Below are positions 49,013-58,743 of a stretch of 64,000 nucleotides of DNA, in pieces (the stretch's first letter is position 1; each line of letters opens with the position of its first letter). This DNA is from Nitrosopumilaceae archaeon (GTDB lineage Archaea; Thermoproteota; Nitrososphaeria; Nitrososphaerales; Nitrosopumilaceae): positions 896,001 through 960,000 of the forward strand of contig OZ242274.1 in assembly GCA_965207375.1 (NCBI GenBank), given 5' to 3'. The position numbers were made by a program, and so were the translations under genes. The notes beneath the pieces were generated by a model. The model saw only the letters and a program-made list of their open reading frames with translations, was not told where the DNA came from and did not search any database.

Positions 49013-50764
49013 CTATAGTAGATTTTCGACAAATTTTTTGACAGATGCAATGTCATCTTCGGACTGTTTGATTTTCTTGTCAACTACTCGAAGCATTGCA
49101 TCATTCCAGACGTGCTGTGAAAAAAAGTTGTGCTTTGTATTTGCCAACTCAATTTCATCATCTACTGCTGTGTCTTCTAAAAATTTTGTAACAACTATAT
49201 CTGCCAATTTTAACAGTCTGGTGTTGAGTTTTGTACTTTTAAACAGTGGTTCCAATTTGGTTATGTCCTTTTTATAATCGCCCTTTGATGCCAGAATTTC
49301 TTTGTGGACTATTCTAAAATACACTGCCACATAAAATAACGTGGCGTAACGCTTTGTTTTGTGACCTCCCTGCTTTCCGTATTTTAGAATTTTTTTTGCA
49401 TACTCTTTTACTAGATAAGGATACAGTAGCAATCTATAATCGTCTTTTAAATTCTCATTGAAGACGTCGTCATACTTGCTTCCTCTTGGTAGGAATTGGG
49501 CAGGTGAACTATATGCCTCTGTTGGACGCTGTTCAATACCTGCTATCGATGCCTGAATTGCATCCTTTGCTACTATGACCTTTTTGTGATTATCTGGAAG
49601 ATATTGATTGTAGATTTGATCTCCTTCGTATTCTGATTGTTTTGATTTTGTTTTGCTGTCAAACGAGCCTGCCTGAATCTCGTAAAAATATCCGTTATTT
49701 TTTAACTGGGATTTGATAGATTTGTGAAAATCCATCAATGAGACCAGATCTTTTCCGCGTACTGAGTTTTGAGAGTTTCTGTATTTTGTAATGTTGTTTT
49801 GTTCTTGCTCATCATCTGCTTTTATGATGGTTACTGTCATAGAGCCTTCCATGTTTTTGGTTCTTTTTGCATGATCTAAAATTGAGTTTGATGTTTGTGC
49901 ACCATTTACAATTTGCGGTGCATGTAATTTCAACAAGTTATCTCCCAACTCTTCAAAATCGCTGACCACTATTGTAATTCCGTTATTATAGTAGAAAAAC
50001 TTGTTAGGATTTGCCTGCAATGTTTCTCGCAGTCCTTTGTTTACTGTTGTTTTGAACTGCATCCATTGTCTTATATTTGATTCAAAAACGTAATCCCGAT
50101 TTTTTGATACAAACTCTGTCAATTCTCTTAACTTTAAAATTCCCAATATTGTATTTTCATGTCTGAGAAGCTTTTCTAATCTTAATGACGATTTTTTACC
50201 GGCGGCGGGTTTTTTTATCCTGCTCCACAATCTCTGTATTATGTCATCAATGTCTACGATTTCTACGTCTTCATCTACTATGCTTATTTTTTGATTTGTC
50301 ACATAACAGCATTCTATCTTGAGATTTTTTTCTTTAATCTTTGTGATTAGCTGCGCCAATTCTGGTCTGACCTTGCTTATGTCCTTTTCTAGTAGGTGCT
50401 TTACATCCTCTTTGAACTTTGCAATTGCCTCTAGCGAATGAGAGGTTCCGTATTTTGACTGAAACAACCTGATTTTGTTGTCTGAAAAATCTACCGGCAA
50501 ATAGGCATCAATTCCTAAATCGTTTGCACCATCGACTATTGCATCTGATGCGTCATCTTCTGTAGCCTCAAAAACCCTTGTCAATACCCAGTGAAGAAAG
50601 TTATTTCCTTTTTCTACGTCGCTTTGTGAGTTTTCGGCGTTTGCGATTATGCTTTCCTGAATATTTTCAGCAAACCCTTCCAAAGGCTCACTTGATGTCT
50701 TGTGTATTAGCAATGATCTTGAACCTGGAATGTATTCTAATAACCCGTTACCGTTTTGCGCCAC
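49013..50764 (-). CDS. AIPR family protein
   Basis: DGANDLGID..FQSKY N-terminal nuclease-like part; FESNIR, FFYYNNGIT and QIVNGAQT motifs. Confidence 0.9.
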   Translation of the reverse strand: MAQNGNGLLEYIPGSRSLLIHKTSSEPLEGFAENIQESIIANAENSQSDVEKGNNFLHWVLTRVFEATEDDASDAIVDGANDLGIDAYLPVDFSDNKIRLFQSKYGTSHSLEAIAKFKEDVKHLLEKDISKVRPELAQLITKIKEKNLKIECCYVTNQKISIVDEDVEIVDIDDIIQRLWSRIKKPAAGKKSSLRLEKLLRHENTILGILKLRELTEFVSKNRDYVFESNIRQWMQFKTTVNKGLRETLQANPNKFFYYNNGITIVVSDFEELGDNLLKLHAPQIVNGAQTSNSILDHAKRTKNMEGSMTVTIIKADDEQEQNNITKYRNSQNSVRGKDLVSLMDFHKSIKSQLKNNGYFYEIQAGSFDSKTKSKQSEYEGDQIYNQYLPDNHKKVIVAKDAIQASIAGIEQRPTEAYSSPAQFLPRGSKYDDVFNENLKDDYRLLLYPYLVKEYAKKILKYGKQGGHKTKRYATLFYVAVYFRIVHKEILASKGDYKKDITKLEPLFKSTKLNTRLLKLADIVVTKFLEDTAVDDEIELANTKHNFFSQHVWNDAMLRVVDKKIKQSEDDIASVKKFVENLL

Positions 50765-50833
50765 AAAAAATCTAACATCCTATATATTTAGTAAGGTGGG
50801 TAATTACATAATAACTAATTTCTGTGTGATGAT

Positions 50834-51256
50834 ATGGAAAAAAAAATTATACTTGGAATTATTGCTGTGGCAACTGTGTTGATTGCAGCATCTCTTGCTT
50901 TTGCTGGCATATCTTCTGATGATCCTAGACCTGTAGATGAAAAAGACACAGATATAGAAATCTCAGCCGATGTAATTATGCCAACCAAAGTATCAAGACC
51001 TGGTTGTGAAAAAATCGACAACTGTTATGTGCCTTCACAATTTTCAATCACCTCTGGAGAATCTGTTTCTTGGTTAAATGATGATTCTGCATTTCACAGT
51101 GTAACTAGTGGAGAATATGGCTCCGCTACAGGACTATTTGATAGTGGATACATGGATCCAGGTGATGTCTTTACACACGTGTTTGTTGAATCGGGCGAAT
51201 TTGTGTATCATTGTACCTTACATGAATGGATGCGAGGTATTGTTTTGGTAAACTAG
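50834..51256 (+). CDS. Blue (type 1) copper, plastocyanin-like protein
   Basis: Signal/TM; PGCEK..CY.P, FHSVTSG and YHCTLHEWM motifs. Confidence 0.9.
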   Translation: MEKKIILGIIAVATVLIAASLAFAGISSDDPRPVDEKDTDIEISADVIMPTKVSRPGCEKIDNCYVPSQFSITSGESVSWLNDDSAFHSVTSGEYGSATGLFDSGYMDPGDVFTHVFVESGEFVYHCTLHEWMRGIVLVN

Positions 51257-51263
51257 TCAAAAA

Positions 51264-51335
51264 AGGTACCCGAGGGAGTCGAACCCCCTTGTATAGGCTT
51301 TGCAGGCCCACGCATAACCGTTCTGCCAGAGTACC
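51264..51335 (-). tRNA. tRNA-Cys(GCA)
   Basis: tgggc-ctGCAaa-gccta; U73 discriminator. Confidence 0.9.
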
Positions 51336-51516
51336 GCTTTAAAAAACACAAAATGAACAATTAAACTCTTTTCAATACTATTAAAATTCGCAAAGATGTT
51401 CTGCGTACCTGTATAGTTTTTACACTAGTGTGGTCATGAAGACACTAGACTATCAAGAATTTCAAGGCATATTATTTGTACTACCTTGGAGATGAACTAT
51501 TGGAACTAGACACTTG

Positions 51517-51738
51517 TCATGATTTCAAAAATGATTTTGAAGCTAATTTGATGTCATCTGCCTTGACTGTTTTTCTTCCCGCATGAATTGACATGTCTAC
51601 TGCATTTTTTGCTATATCTGAGGCTACATCCTCTATAATTCTACGTAATTCATCTGCTGATTCGTCGCTTACTCTACTTGCTCCTGCCTTTTTCAAAATT
51701 CTATACATTGCAGATAATCCCAATTCTGATGACTTCAT
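51517..51738 (-). CDS. Archaeal histone
   Basis: RILKKAGASRVS...HAGRKTVKADDI. Confidence 0.93.
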   Translation of the reverse strand: MKSSELGLSAMYRILKKAGASRVSDESADELRRIIEDVASDIAKNAVDMSIHAGRKTVKADDIKLASKSFLKS

Positions 51739-51824
51739 CAGTATGATTTTTACATTTTGACGATAAAAGATATTGAGTAAAAAAATATCACAAACAAATC
51801 GATTAATACAGACTATTTAATGAC

Positions 51825-52595
51825 TTGTTTTCAAGTGATATATTGACTTGGCTATTTGATTCCCACATTCACTTGTCCGATCCTGCCTACAAATCTGATA
51901 TAAATTTCATTTTTACAAACATGCAGAAAATGCAAATTAAGGCATGTTGTGTTTCTATGGATAATGAAAGTTCTGAACATACCTTATCGCTATCTGCTGA
52001 CAATCCGCTAGTTTTGCCCTTTATTGGAATTCATCCTGAAAAGGCATCTGATGATCTTGATTCGATGATCTCTAAAATACATCAACACCATGATCATATA
52101 TCGGGTATAGGTGAAATAGGCCTAGACCCTACCTATGCTGCAAATAATGATTCTAAACGACAACTTTATGTTTTTGAAACATTGCTTTCACTTGCTGAAA
52201 AGTATCAAAAACCGGTATCTATTCATTCTAGAAAATCACTAGAAAGTATTATTGAAATTTTGCCATCTTTTTCCTTAAATGGAAAATTACTTCATTGGTT
52301 TGATGGAAATAAAAAACAACTACAAAAAGCAATGGATTTGGACTGTTATGTTTCTTTTGGGCCTGTACTGATTTATGCCAATGACAAGCAAACTCTTTTA
52401 CAAAAAACCAATCTAGAACGAATTCTTGTAGAAACTGATGGCCCCGTTGCATTTTCTAGGTGTTTTGAACAAAAACCTGCACAAATCAGCTTTATTCCAA
52501 GTGTTATTTTTTGCGCTTCAAAGTTACTTTCCAGATCATATGATGAGTTATCTCTAATACTGTACAACAACTCAACTCGTTATCTTGGTATATAG
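51825..52595 (+). CDS. tatD: TatD family hydrolase
   Basis: DSHIH, GIHP, GEIGLD, IHSR and ETDGP motifs. Confidence 0.9.
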   Translation: MFSSDILTWLFDSHIHLSDPAYKSDINFIFTNMQKMQIKACCVSMDNESSEHTLSLSADNPLVLPFIGIHPEKASDDLDSMISKIHQHHDHISGIGEIGLDPTYAANNDSKRQLYVFETLLSLAEKYQKPVSIHSRKSLESIIEILPSFSLNGKLLHWFDGNKKQLQKAMDLDCYVSFGPVLIYANDKQTLLQKTNLERILVETDGPVAFSRCFEQKPAQISFIPSVIFCASKLLSRSYDELSLILYNNSTRYLGI

Positions 52596-52626
52596 GTATA
52601 AAAAACCCCGTATGATAATGCCGTGA

Positions 52627-53034
52627 GTGGATAGAATAAAACGACTTTCAATGGAGGTCATGGACAAACACAAGCCAAAATTTGGTCAAGATTTCTCCGA
52701 TAATAAAAAAGCGTTAGATCAAGTCACAATTATTCGTTCCAAATGCCTGAAAAATGAAATTGCAGGTTATATCACCAAATATATCAAACATGAAATCCGT
52801 GATAATGAAATTCGTCATGCTCAACAAGAGGCGGCCGAATCTGCTACTAGGGACGTAACCGAAGCTACATCACCAGTTGAAACCATTGAAGAAACTAGTG
52901 TAACTGAAACTACCACCGCCGAGCCTACAGTACTAGATGTAACTGAAACAGAACCTACAGTTGAAACCATTGAAGAAACTCCACAGACTAATGTGGATAC
53001 TGCTGAAACCCCCTCTGAATCAGAAACTAGGTAG
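52627..53034 (+). CDS. rps17e: Ribosomal protein eS17 with a T/E-rich C-terminal tail
   Basis: IKRLSMEV...FGQDFSDNK...SKCLKNEIAGYIT; duplicated VETIEET in the tail. Confidence 0.8.
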   Translation: MDRIKRLSMEVMDKHKPKFGQDFSDNKKALDQVTIIRSKCLKNEIAGYITKYIKHEIRDNEIRHAQQEAAESATRDVTEATSPVETIEETSVTETTTAEPTVLDVTETEPTVETIEETPQTNVDTAETPSESETR

Positions 53035-53068
53035 ATTTACGTTTATTTTAGTTGAAATTTATTGATAT

Positions 53069-53839
53069 TTGTTGATTCAGGTAAACTTTTTTGGCGGTGC
53101 AAAGAAATCTTTTGGTACCCAAAGCATTGATTTTGATTTTGACAATATTTCAATTAACTACCTTTTACAACATTTGGCAAAGAAAATACCAGATGATGCA
53201 GAATTGGATGCAAATAACATCTTAATTGCTGTAAATGGGGTTGATTCATCTGCCATCGACGGCAAAAAAACCATTTTACATTCTGGCGATGTAATTAGCA
53301 TAATTCCTATAATTCATGGTGGCTCTGCAAACTCTTTTACCGTTCTTAACCATAATGTCATAATATGTCCTGTATCTGGACACAAAAATTTAGATCATAA
53401 CTTTCTTGATTCATTACGTTCTAAATACTCAAAACTAACAATTCAAGCAATTTCCTCAAAATTCATTCTAAACAGATTACACATTAAAAAAATCCTCATC
53501 ATTTCTTTAGAATCTAAAAAGCGCAAGATATTACTTTCTGAGAAACTAGAAACTGACATTTTGTTGAGATTTGCAGGCACCACTCAAATATCTCGGGCCA
53601 TATCTGATTTGGGAATAAAGACCAAAACAGATTTTATAATTATTGCAATTGGCAACAAATCATCTCTTGAAAAACTCCAAAAGCAATTATCTGACAAAAC
53701 AGATGCCAAAATACTAGCAAAATCCAATGAAGCTCATATTAGAAAATACTTTGACATATCAAAAAAGCAATTGGATTCTGTCTATACAAAAACTCCCCTA
53801 GAGGACATATTACAGGAAAAATCCTCAATTTTATTCTGA
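53069..53839 (+). CDS. cgi121: MoaD/ThiS (SAMP-like) - Cgi121 fusion protein
   Basis: N-terminal beta-grasp ending IIPIIHGG, then SEKLETDILLRFAGTTQISRAI (Cgi121 signature). Confidence 0.8.
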   Translation: MLIQVNFFGGAKKSFGTQSIDFDFDNISINYLLQHLAKKIPDDAELDANNILIAVNGVDSSAIDGKKTILHSGDVISIIPIIHGGSANSFTVLNHNVIICPVSGHKNLDHNFLDSLRSKYSKLTIQAISSKFILNRLHIKKILIISLESKKRKILLSEKLETDILLRFAGTTQISRAISDLGIKTKTDFIIIAIGNKSSLEKLQKQLSDKTDAKILAKSNEAHIRKYFDISKKQLDSVYTKTPLEDILQEKSSILF

Positions 53840-54352
53840 CATGTGGCGTTTTATTTTTTCTATGCTGATTATTTGATTCGGCCTAATTACAGCTACTCCT
53901 GCCTTTGATCCTATTATTTCCACTAAAACTATCCAATCTGAATTCTCAAGTGAAACTTTATTTGGAATAATTTTTGCAATTTCTGTAATCATCTCTTTAC
54001 TAGAAATCTCCGAATGTCTTTTTTCAATTGTTATTCTGTAGGTTTCATTGTTTTTCATTATTGTATATATTTTTGATATATTTTGTACAATTTGGCCAAT
54101 CTCACTTTTAGATGTCTTTTGAATTGGAATAATTCGCTGACAATATCTGATTGCCCATGGCTCATCTTCTATCAATTCTCTTGCTTTTTCTGCCATTTCA
54201 ATTGGATTTTCAACCATACTTACAGTCAAAATTCCTGGCATCTCAGTAATGGTAATTTCAGGCTTGTCATATCCAAATTTTTCAAAAAGCACTTTGATTT
54301 CACATACTGCATCCTCTTCAAAATGTCTGGGACAGGTTATGATTAAATTCAA
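53831..54352 (-). CDS. THUMP domain protein
   Basis: TYRITIEKR and KVSLENSDWIVLVEIIG motifs; likely TTG start overlapping the sua5 stop. Confidence 0.85.
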   Translation of the reverse strand: MNLIITCPRHFEEDAVCEIKVLFEKFGYDKPEITITEMPGILTVSMVENPIEMAEKARELIEDEPWAIRYCQRIIPIQKTSKSEIGQIVQNISKIYTIMKNNETYRITIEKRHSEISSKEMITEIAKIIPNKVSLENSDWIVLVEIIGSKAGVAVIRPNQIISIEKIKRHMSE

Positions 54353-54951
54353 ATTAACTCCTTTAACTCTTGGGATTTTATTGCACCCTCTCTTAATATT
54401 GCTAGTTCCTTTAAAGTACAATCTATTATTGTAGATTCGCCGGTACTTTTTATGACTCCGCCATCTACAAAAACATCATAGTCTTTGATATTTTCTAGAC
54501 AATCTTTTGGATTTACAAAAGATTTGACTCCTGCCTTGTTTGCACTTGTTCCCACAAGCAGCCTGCATTTTTCTAAAATAGACAATGCACACTTGCTGTT
54601 GGGCACTCTTACGGCAATCTTTTCTGTAATGCCTAATGATTCTTGCAGTTTTTCTTCCTTTAATTTTAAAACAAGTGTAACTTTGCCTGGCCAGTATTTT
54701 GCTGCAATTTTTTCCGCATTTGGTGTAAATTCTACAATAGATTCAATATCTCTTTTGGAAAAACCCAATATCGGTAATTTTTTTATCTTTTCCCTTTGCT
54801 TAATCTTGTAAATTTTTTCTACTGCTGCCTTGTCAAATGGATTACATCCTATTCCGTATACTGTATCTGTGGGAAATACAATCGTGCCTCCCTCTGCAAT
54901 GATTTTTGCTATTTTTACAGCATTTTCTTTGTCACATGATATTTTTTCCAA
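54349..54951 (-). CDS. sua5: L-threonylcarbamoyladenylate synthase (Sua5/TsaC)
   Basis: FPTDTVYGIG, AVRVP, TSAN, STIID and REG motifs. Confidence 0.92.
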   Translation of the reverse strand: MEKISCDKENAVKIAKIIAEGGTIVFPTDTVYGIGCNPFDKAAVEKIYKIKQREKIKKLPILGFSKRDIESIVEFTPNAEKIAAKYWPGKVTLVLKLKEEKLQESLGITEKIAVRVPNSKCALSILEKCRLLVGTSANKAGVKSFVNPKDCLENIKDYDVFVDGGVIKSTGESTIIDCTLKELAILREGAIKSQELKELI

Positions 54952-55021
54952 TTTGTATTATGTGCCGACCTAGCTATTTTAAGATAGATTTGTTAATATT
55001 ACAATTCAGATAATTGATAGT

Positions 55022-55105
55022 ATGAGTTCAGCTTCAGATTATGAGGATACCGAATTTGAAGACGATTTTGATGACAATTTAGATGACTTTGAATCTGAAG
55101 ACTAA
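55022..55105 (+). CDS. 27-aa acidic microprotein
   Basis: MSSASDYEDTEFEDDFDDNLDDFESED; ttaata TATA-like box upstream. Confidence 0.45.
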   Translation: MSSASDYEDTEFEDDFDDNLDDFESED

Positions 55106-55407
55106 ATTCAAAATCTAGATTTTAAATTTAATTTCTGCACTGTTTATGCAGTGCATGAATTTTTGTATAGTAATTTCACAAAAGAAATCTAAATCCATGC
55201 AATCATATGCATGGCCACACCATAATAGTGCGATCCTTGATTCCAATCTTTTTTTGTGATTACTATGTGTATGCAATTCTGGCAGTGCTATGGCAGAAAT
55301 GATTAAGTGTTAACAATACGCCTGAATTTTTATTTTTTGATGACAAAGTAATTTCATGTCTAAAACTATCATAAATTCAAAACAACGTTAACTGACACAA
55401 TTTTTTA

Positions 55408-55695
55408 CTATATTGATAATCCAAAATTATCTGAAAATGCACTAAACGATTGATATTCCTGCAAGAACTCCCGTCCTGATTGACTGATTTTATATTTTGA
55501 CGTGTTTGAATTATTCACCTGTTCTAACAATCCCTGTGCCACCAATGTCTTCAAAATTCTTGAAATTCTAGCATGTGATATGTTGGCCTTTCTAATCAGA
55601 TATGTTACACTTGCACCATCGTCATCTTGTAGATTGTCTCTAGTAGTGCATAAGATATCTCCTATTATTTTCATATGGGTTCTATATTCGGCCAT
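55408..55695 (-). CDS. Winged-helix DNA-binding protein (paralog of 47764-48042)
   Basis: YRTHMKIIGDIL...KANISHARI...YKISQSGREFL. Confidence 0.85.
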   Translation of the reverse strand: MAEYRTHMKIIGDILCTTRDNLQDDDGASVTYLIRKANISHARISRILKTLVAQGLLEQVNNSNTSKYKISQSGREFLQEYQSFSAFSDNFGLSI

Positions 55696-55912
55696 TTTAT
55701 CTCACTATGTATAAAATAGTTATTTCCCAATATATTTATGAGATAAAAGAAATTGACAATGTAATTGGATTATTAGACCTTATACTCAAAACCCCATGCA
55801 CAATTGATCGATTCAAAATAAAATTTTCAAATAAAGGCTAAAAATTAAGCATTTTTAATTCAAAATTTGATTATGCACAAGGTCTACATGGTAGGACATC
55901 AGTGATCATTTC

Positions 55913-56281
55913 ATGTCTAGATCAAAGAAAATTATGATCGTTGATGACGATTATGATTTTTTGGAATCTATTCAGCTGTTGCTTCTAAACGACGGACATG
56001 ACACTATTCCTATATCAAACGGCAAGTATGCCATAGAGCAATACAATGAATTTGAACCAGATCTTGTTCTACTTGATATTCGGATGCCGGGAATCGATGG
56101 CTATGAGACATTCTTGCACATGATCAGAAACGATGCAGACGCAAGAATCATCTTCACCTCTGCCTATGATTTAAGCAGTGAACAGTACAAAAAGGCAAAG
56201 AATCAATCGCTTTCAGGCATACTCTCAAAGCCCATAGAGTTTACAAAGCTTAGACGGATAATTACAAAACATGCAAAGTAA
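55913..56281 (+). CDS. Single-domain response regulator (CheY-like)
   Basis: IVDDD, LLDIRMP, TSA and KP motifs. Confidence 0.92.
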   Translation: MSRSKKIMIVDDDYDFLESIQLLLLNDGHDTIPISNGKYAIEQYNEFEPDLVLLDIRMPGIDGYETFLHMIRNDADARIIFTSAYDLSSEQYKKAKNQSLSGILSKPIEFTKLRRIITKHAK

Positions 56282-56306
56282 CGTGCTAGGGATCGATGTA
56301 TCTAAA

Positions 56307-57170
56307 TCACGAAGGAATCCAACTGCAATCACTTTTCATGGCACGTAGCCTTTTTTTGTAGTGATCCATGGCCTGATTGAAAAATTCCTGATACCATTCT
56401 CGAAGATTTACATCATGCTGTAGCATATTCGTTACTCTGTTGATTCTGGCCTGATTTCTTTTGATATGTGAATCTGATCCTACATAATATTGTAAAAAGG
56501 TGTAAAACCAGTATGATATCTGTTCGGCCAAATCAGTCTCAGAAATAGACTCAAAATTACTGTTGTACTTTATGTGTATAAACGACATGAGCTCATAAAG
56601 TGGTGTATCCTTTTGCGTCTTGATTATGTCCGAATTGTTCAAAAGTAATCCCTTTGCCAATACGCGCATCTTGTAGACGTCCTTTCTGGCTACTGATTTG
56701 ACTATCTTCCATTGACCAAATATCTTAGGAAGTACATCTGCATACCTTTGTGCCATTGCATCATAATCCTTATCGTGTGGGTTCAACACATCTATACAAT
56801 ACAATATGCCATGTAACGATAACCGATATTTGTTGTAAGTACCTGCTTGTTCTCTAACTACTAAACCAACATCGAGCATACCTCCTGATCGTTTTTTGGT
56901 ATCATACCTTCCATGAAACAATCGTCTGTATTCCTTCTCTTTTGCTCTGATGAGGGATACGTTGGTGGTATGAAGCATGATCTTTGCTATTTTCCATGTA
57001 GTGCATGCCCCATTTGTAAACATGATGCGGAGAATCTCCTGCATGCCTTGCTGATGTTTGGTCTTGTATTTTGACGAACTGCCATACAGTTTGTATGCTG
57101 CAGGGCGTGTGTAATGCTTGTATGACATCAGGTTTCCGTACGGTGTATCATAATTCTTCAGGTGAGGCAC
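56307..57170 (-). CDS. Conserved winged-helix-like hypothetical protein
   Basis: GACTTWKIAK...YRLSLHGILYC. Confidence 0.7.
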   Translation of the reverse strand: MPHLKNYDTPYGNLMSYKHYTRPAAYKLYGSSSKYKTKHQQGMQEILRIMFTNGACTTWKIAKIMLHTTNVSLIRAKEKEYRRLFHGRYDTKKRSGGMLDVGLVVREQAGTYNKYRLSLHGILYCIDVLNPHDKDYDAMAQRYADVLPKIFGQWKIVKSVARKDVYKMRVLAKGLLLNNSDIIKTQKDTPLYELMSFIHIKYNSNFESISETDLAEQISYWFYTFLQYYVGSDSHIKRNQARINRVTNMLQHDVNLREWYQEFFNQAMDHYKKRLRAMKSDCSWIPS

Positions 57171-57218
57171 TCCGTACGTGGATATATCTAGACATATAAT
57201 ATTGATGTTATAGCCAAG

Positions 57219-57304
57219 GTACGCACTCAGGCCGTAAATTTTTCAGGCACAGAATTTTCATGTGTTCAAAAACTATGCATAGAATCAGTGTGGCGAGTGT
57301 GGAC
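57219..57304. mobile_element. Second, diverged copy of the amoC-amoX MITE
   Basis: gtacgcactcaggccgtaaatttttcaggca..aattttca..ttcaaaaa..tggcga matches the reverse complement of 3239-3316. Confidence 0.7.
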
Positions 57305-57344
57305 ATGAACTGTTACCGGTGGGTTAACTGATTGAAGCACAACA

Positions 57345-57902
57345 TTAAAGATCTAGGGATTTTACCAATGCCCTAAGGTCAATTGAACTATTACCGTATA
57401 CCGACAACCGAATATTTTCATCAATGTAGGCAATTGTGAGATATTCCCCATTAAGACCAGAATCCGTATAAACGGGATTGGAATTTTTTGTCATGAAAAT
57501 CGGCGTATTTTTTAAGGTTCTATCTTTTAAATTATCAATTTTTTCATAGTCAAAGACAATTACACCTTTTTTGACTAGATTCTGAATAGAATCGTTATAG
57601 GAAATAGTTTTTTGTACTTTTGGGGTTGCGTAGAACAAGGTGGTCTCACCGTAAAAGGAATCTTGTTTGACAGATATTAGATCATGGCCGCCTGCAAGCT
57701 CCATTACATACTCTGAATTTTGCATTGATGTGCCCGAAACAATTCCGTTCACTACTTTGGCGCTAGGCAGTGTGGGCATTGGAAAATAAGAAAAACCGGT
57801 GATTTCCTCACTTTGCATTACATTTACCTCATACATTGTACCAATCAATGCGCCTAAAGCAACCACCATAGCTATTGCAGGAAGAACCAGTCTCTGCTGC
57901 AT
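57345..57902 (-). CDS. Membrane-anchored hypothetical protein
   Basis: N-terminal TM, 185 aa. Confidence 0.65.
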   Translation of the reverse strand: MQQRLVLPAIAMVVALGALIGTMYEVNVMQSEEITGFSYFPMPTLPSAKVVNGIVSGTSMQNSEYVMELAGGHDLISVKQDSFYGETTLFYATPKVQKTISYNDSIQNLVKKGVIVFDYEKIDNLKDRTLKNTPIFMTKNSNPVYTDSGLNGEYLTIAYIDENIRLSVYGNSSIDLRALVKSLDL

Positions 57903-57908
57903 GATGGA

Positions 57909-58157
57909 TCATCTAGCATAGCAATGACTTGAAAGAGAACAGGCATATGCTTCATCAATCCCTCCAATCATTAACAAGCATGTGCCAATGACTGTCAGAA
58001 ATAGAATGTTTCTTGCCTTTGAATCGCGTAATATTTTTGCTTCTTTTAAATCACCATTCATGTCATTGTCAAGCTGGTACAAAGTACACCGTTTAGATTC
58101 AAATGACGGAATTATTGCGCTAATCAAGGGTGCAAACCGCATCGTTTTCGTAATCAT
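57909..58157 (-). CDS. Short ORF: signal-peptide-like segment plus a 10-aa Cys-containing tail (truncated gene or peptide precursor)
   Basis: ILFLTVIGTCLLMIGGIDEAYA|CSLSSHCYAR-stop. Confidence 0.45.
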   Translation of the reverse strand: MITKTMRFAPLISAIIPSFESKRCTLYQLDNDMNGDLKEAKILRDSKARNILFLTVIGTCLLMIGGIDEAYACSLSSHCYAR

Positions 58158-58743
58158 TGTACCTACTTGTATCCTGCGTTATATAATCAGGTCTATCTTA
58201 ATCTGGAGTGCCTTTTGATTATCTGCCTTGAGCCATATACTTGAGAAATTATATTTACAAAACATGAAATTAGGCGCAATTTTATCAGATTTACAACAAT
58301 AACTGATCATGATACTATGAAGATACTTGGTCTAAGACTTACAGATGAGACGTACAGGATGCAGCAATGGGACTTGAAAACATGATTGAAATTGCTTTGG
58401 AGAATTTAGGTATAGATGCACACAAGATAGACACAAAAAAGCAGGAGATTAAAGACTGGTACTAAAAAGCAAGGTACAAAACAGAATATGATTCAACAGG
58501 CGTAATTCCGATTCACTTGGAAGAAGGGGATCAAACGAATCCCAATATCAAACTGTTAGAAAATGAACTGTATTTTAAAATTTAAGTTTTTTGTTATGTG
58601 TGATTAGTTTGGAATCGCGTTGATAATGCAGGTGATTTTTTTAATACTGCCAATGTCCTAGTACGATACAATAAATGTGATAAAACATTTGATGCTGCAA
58701 ATGCCCAAAAAAATTAACGGTTTTCGGGCAATCATCTACTAAA

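Noticed and set aside
55130-55400. Hairpin tgcactg/cagtgca and other short palindromes
   Set aside because: Isolated short stems in AT-rich intergenic DNA with no second copy or boundaries.
58220-58740. Fragmentary plus-strand frames (MGLENMIEIALENLG...)
   Set aside because: Interrupted by stops with no recognisable family; probably decayed DNA, and a call cannot be supported.
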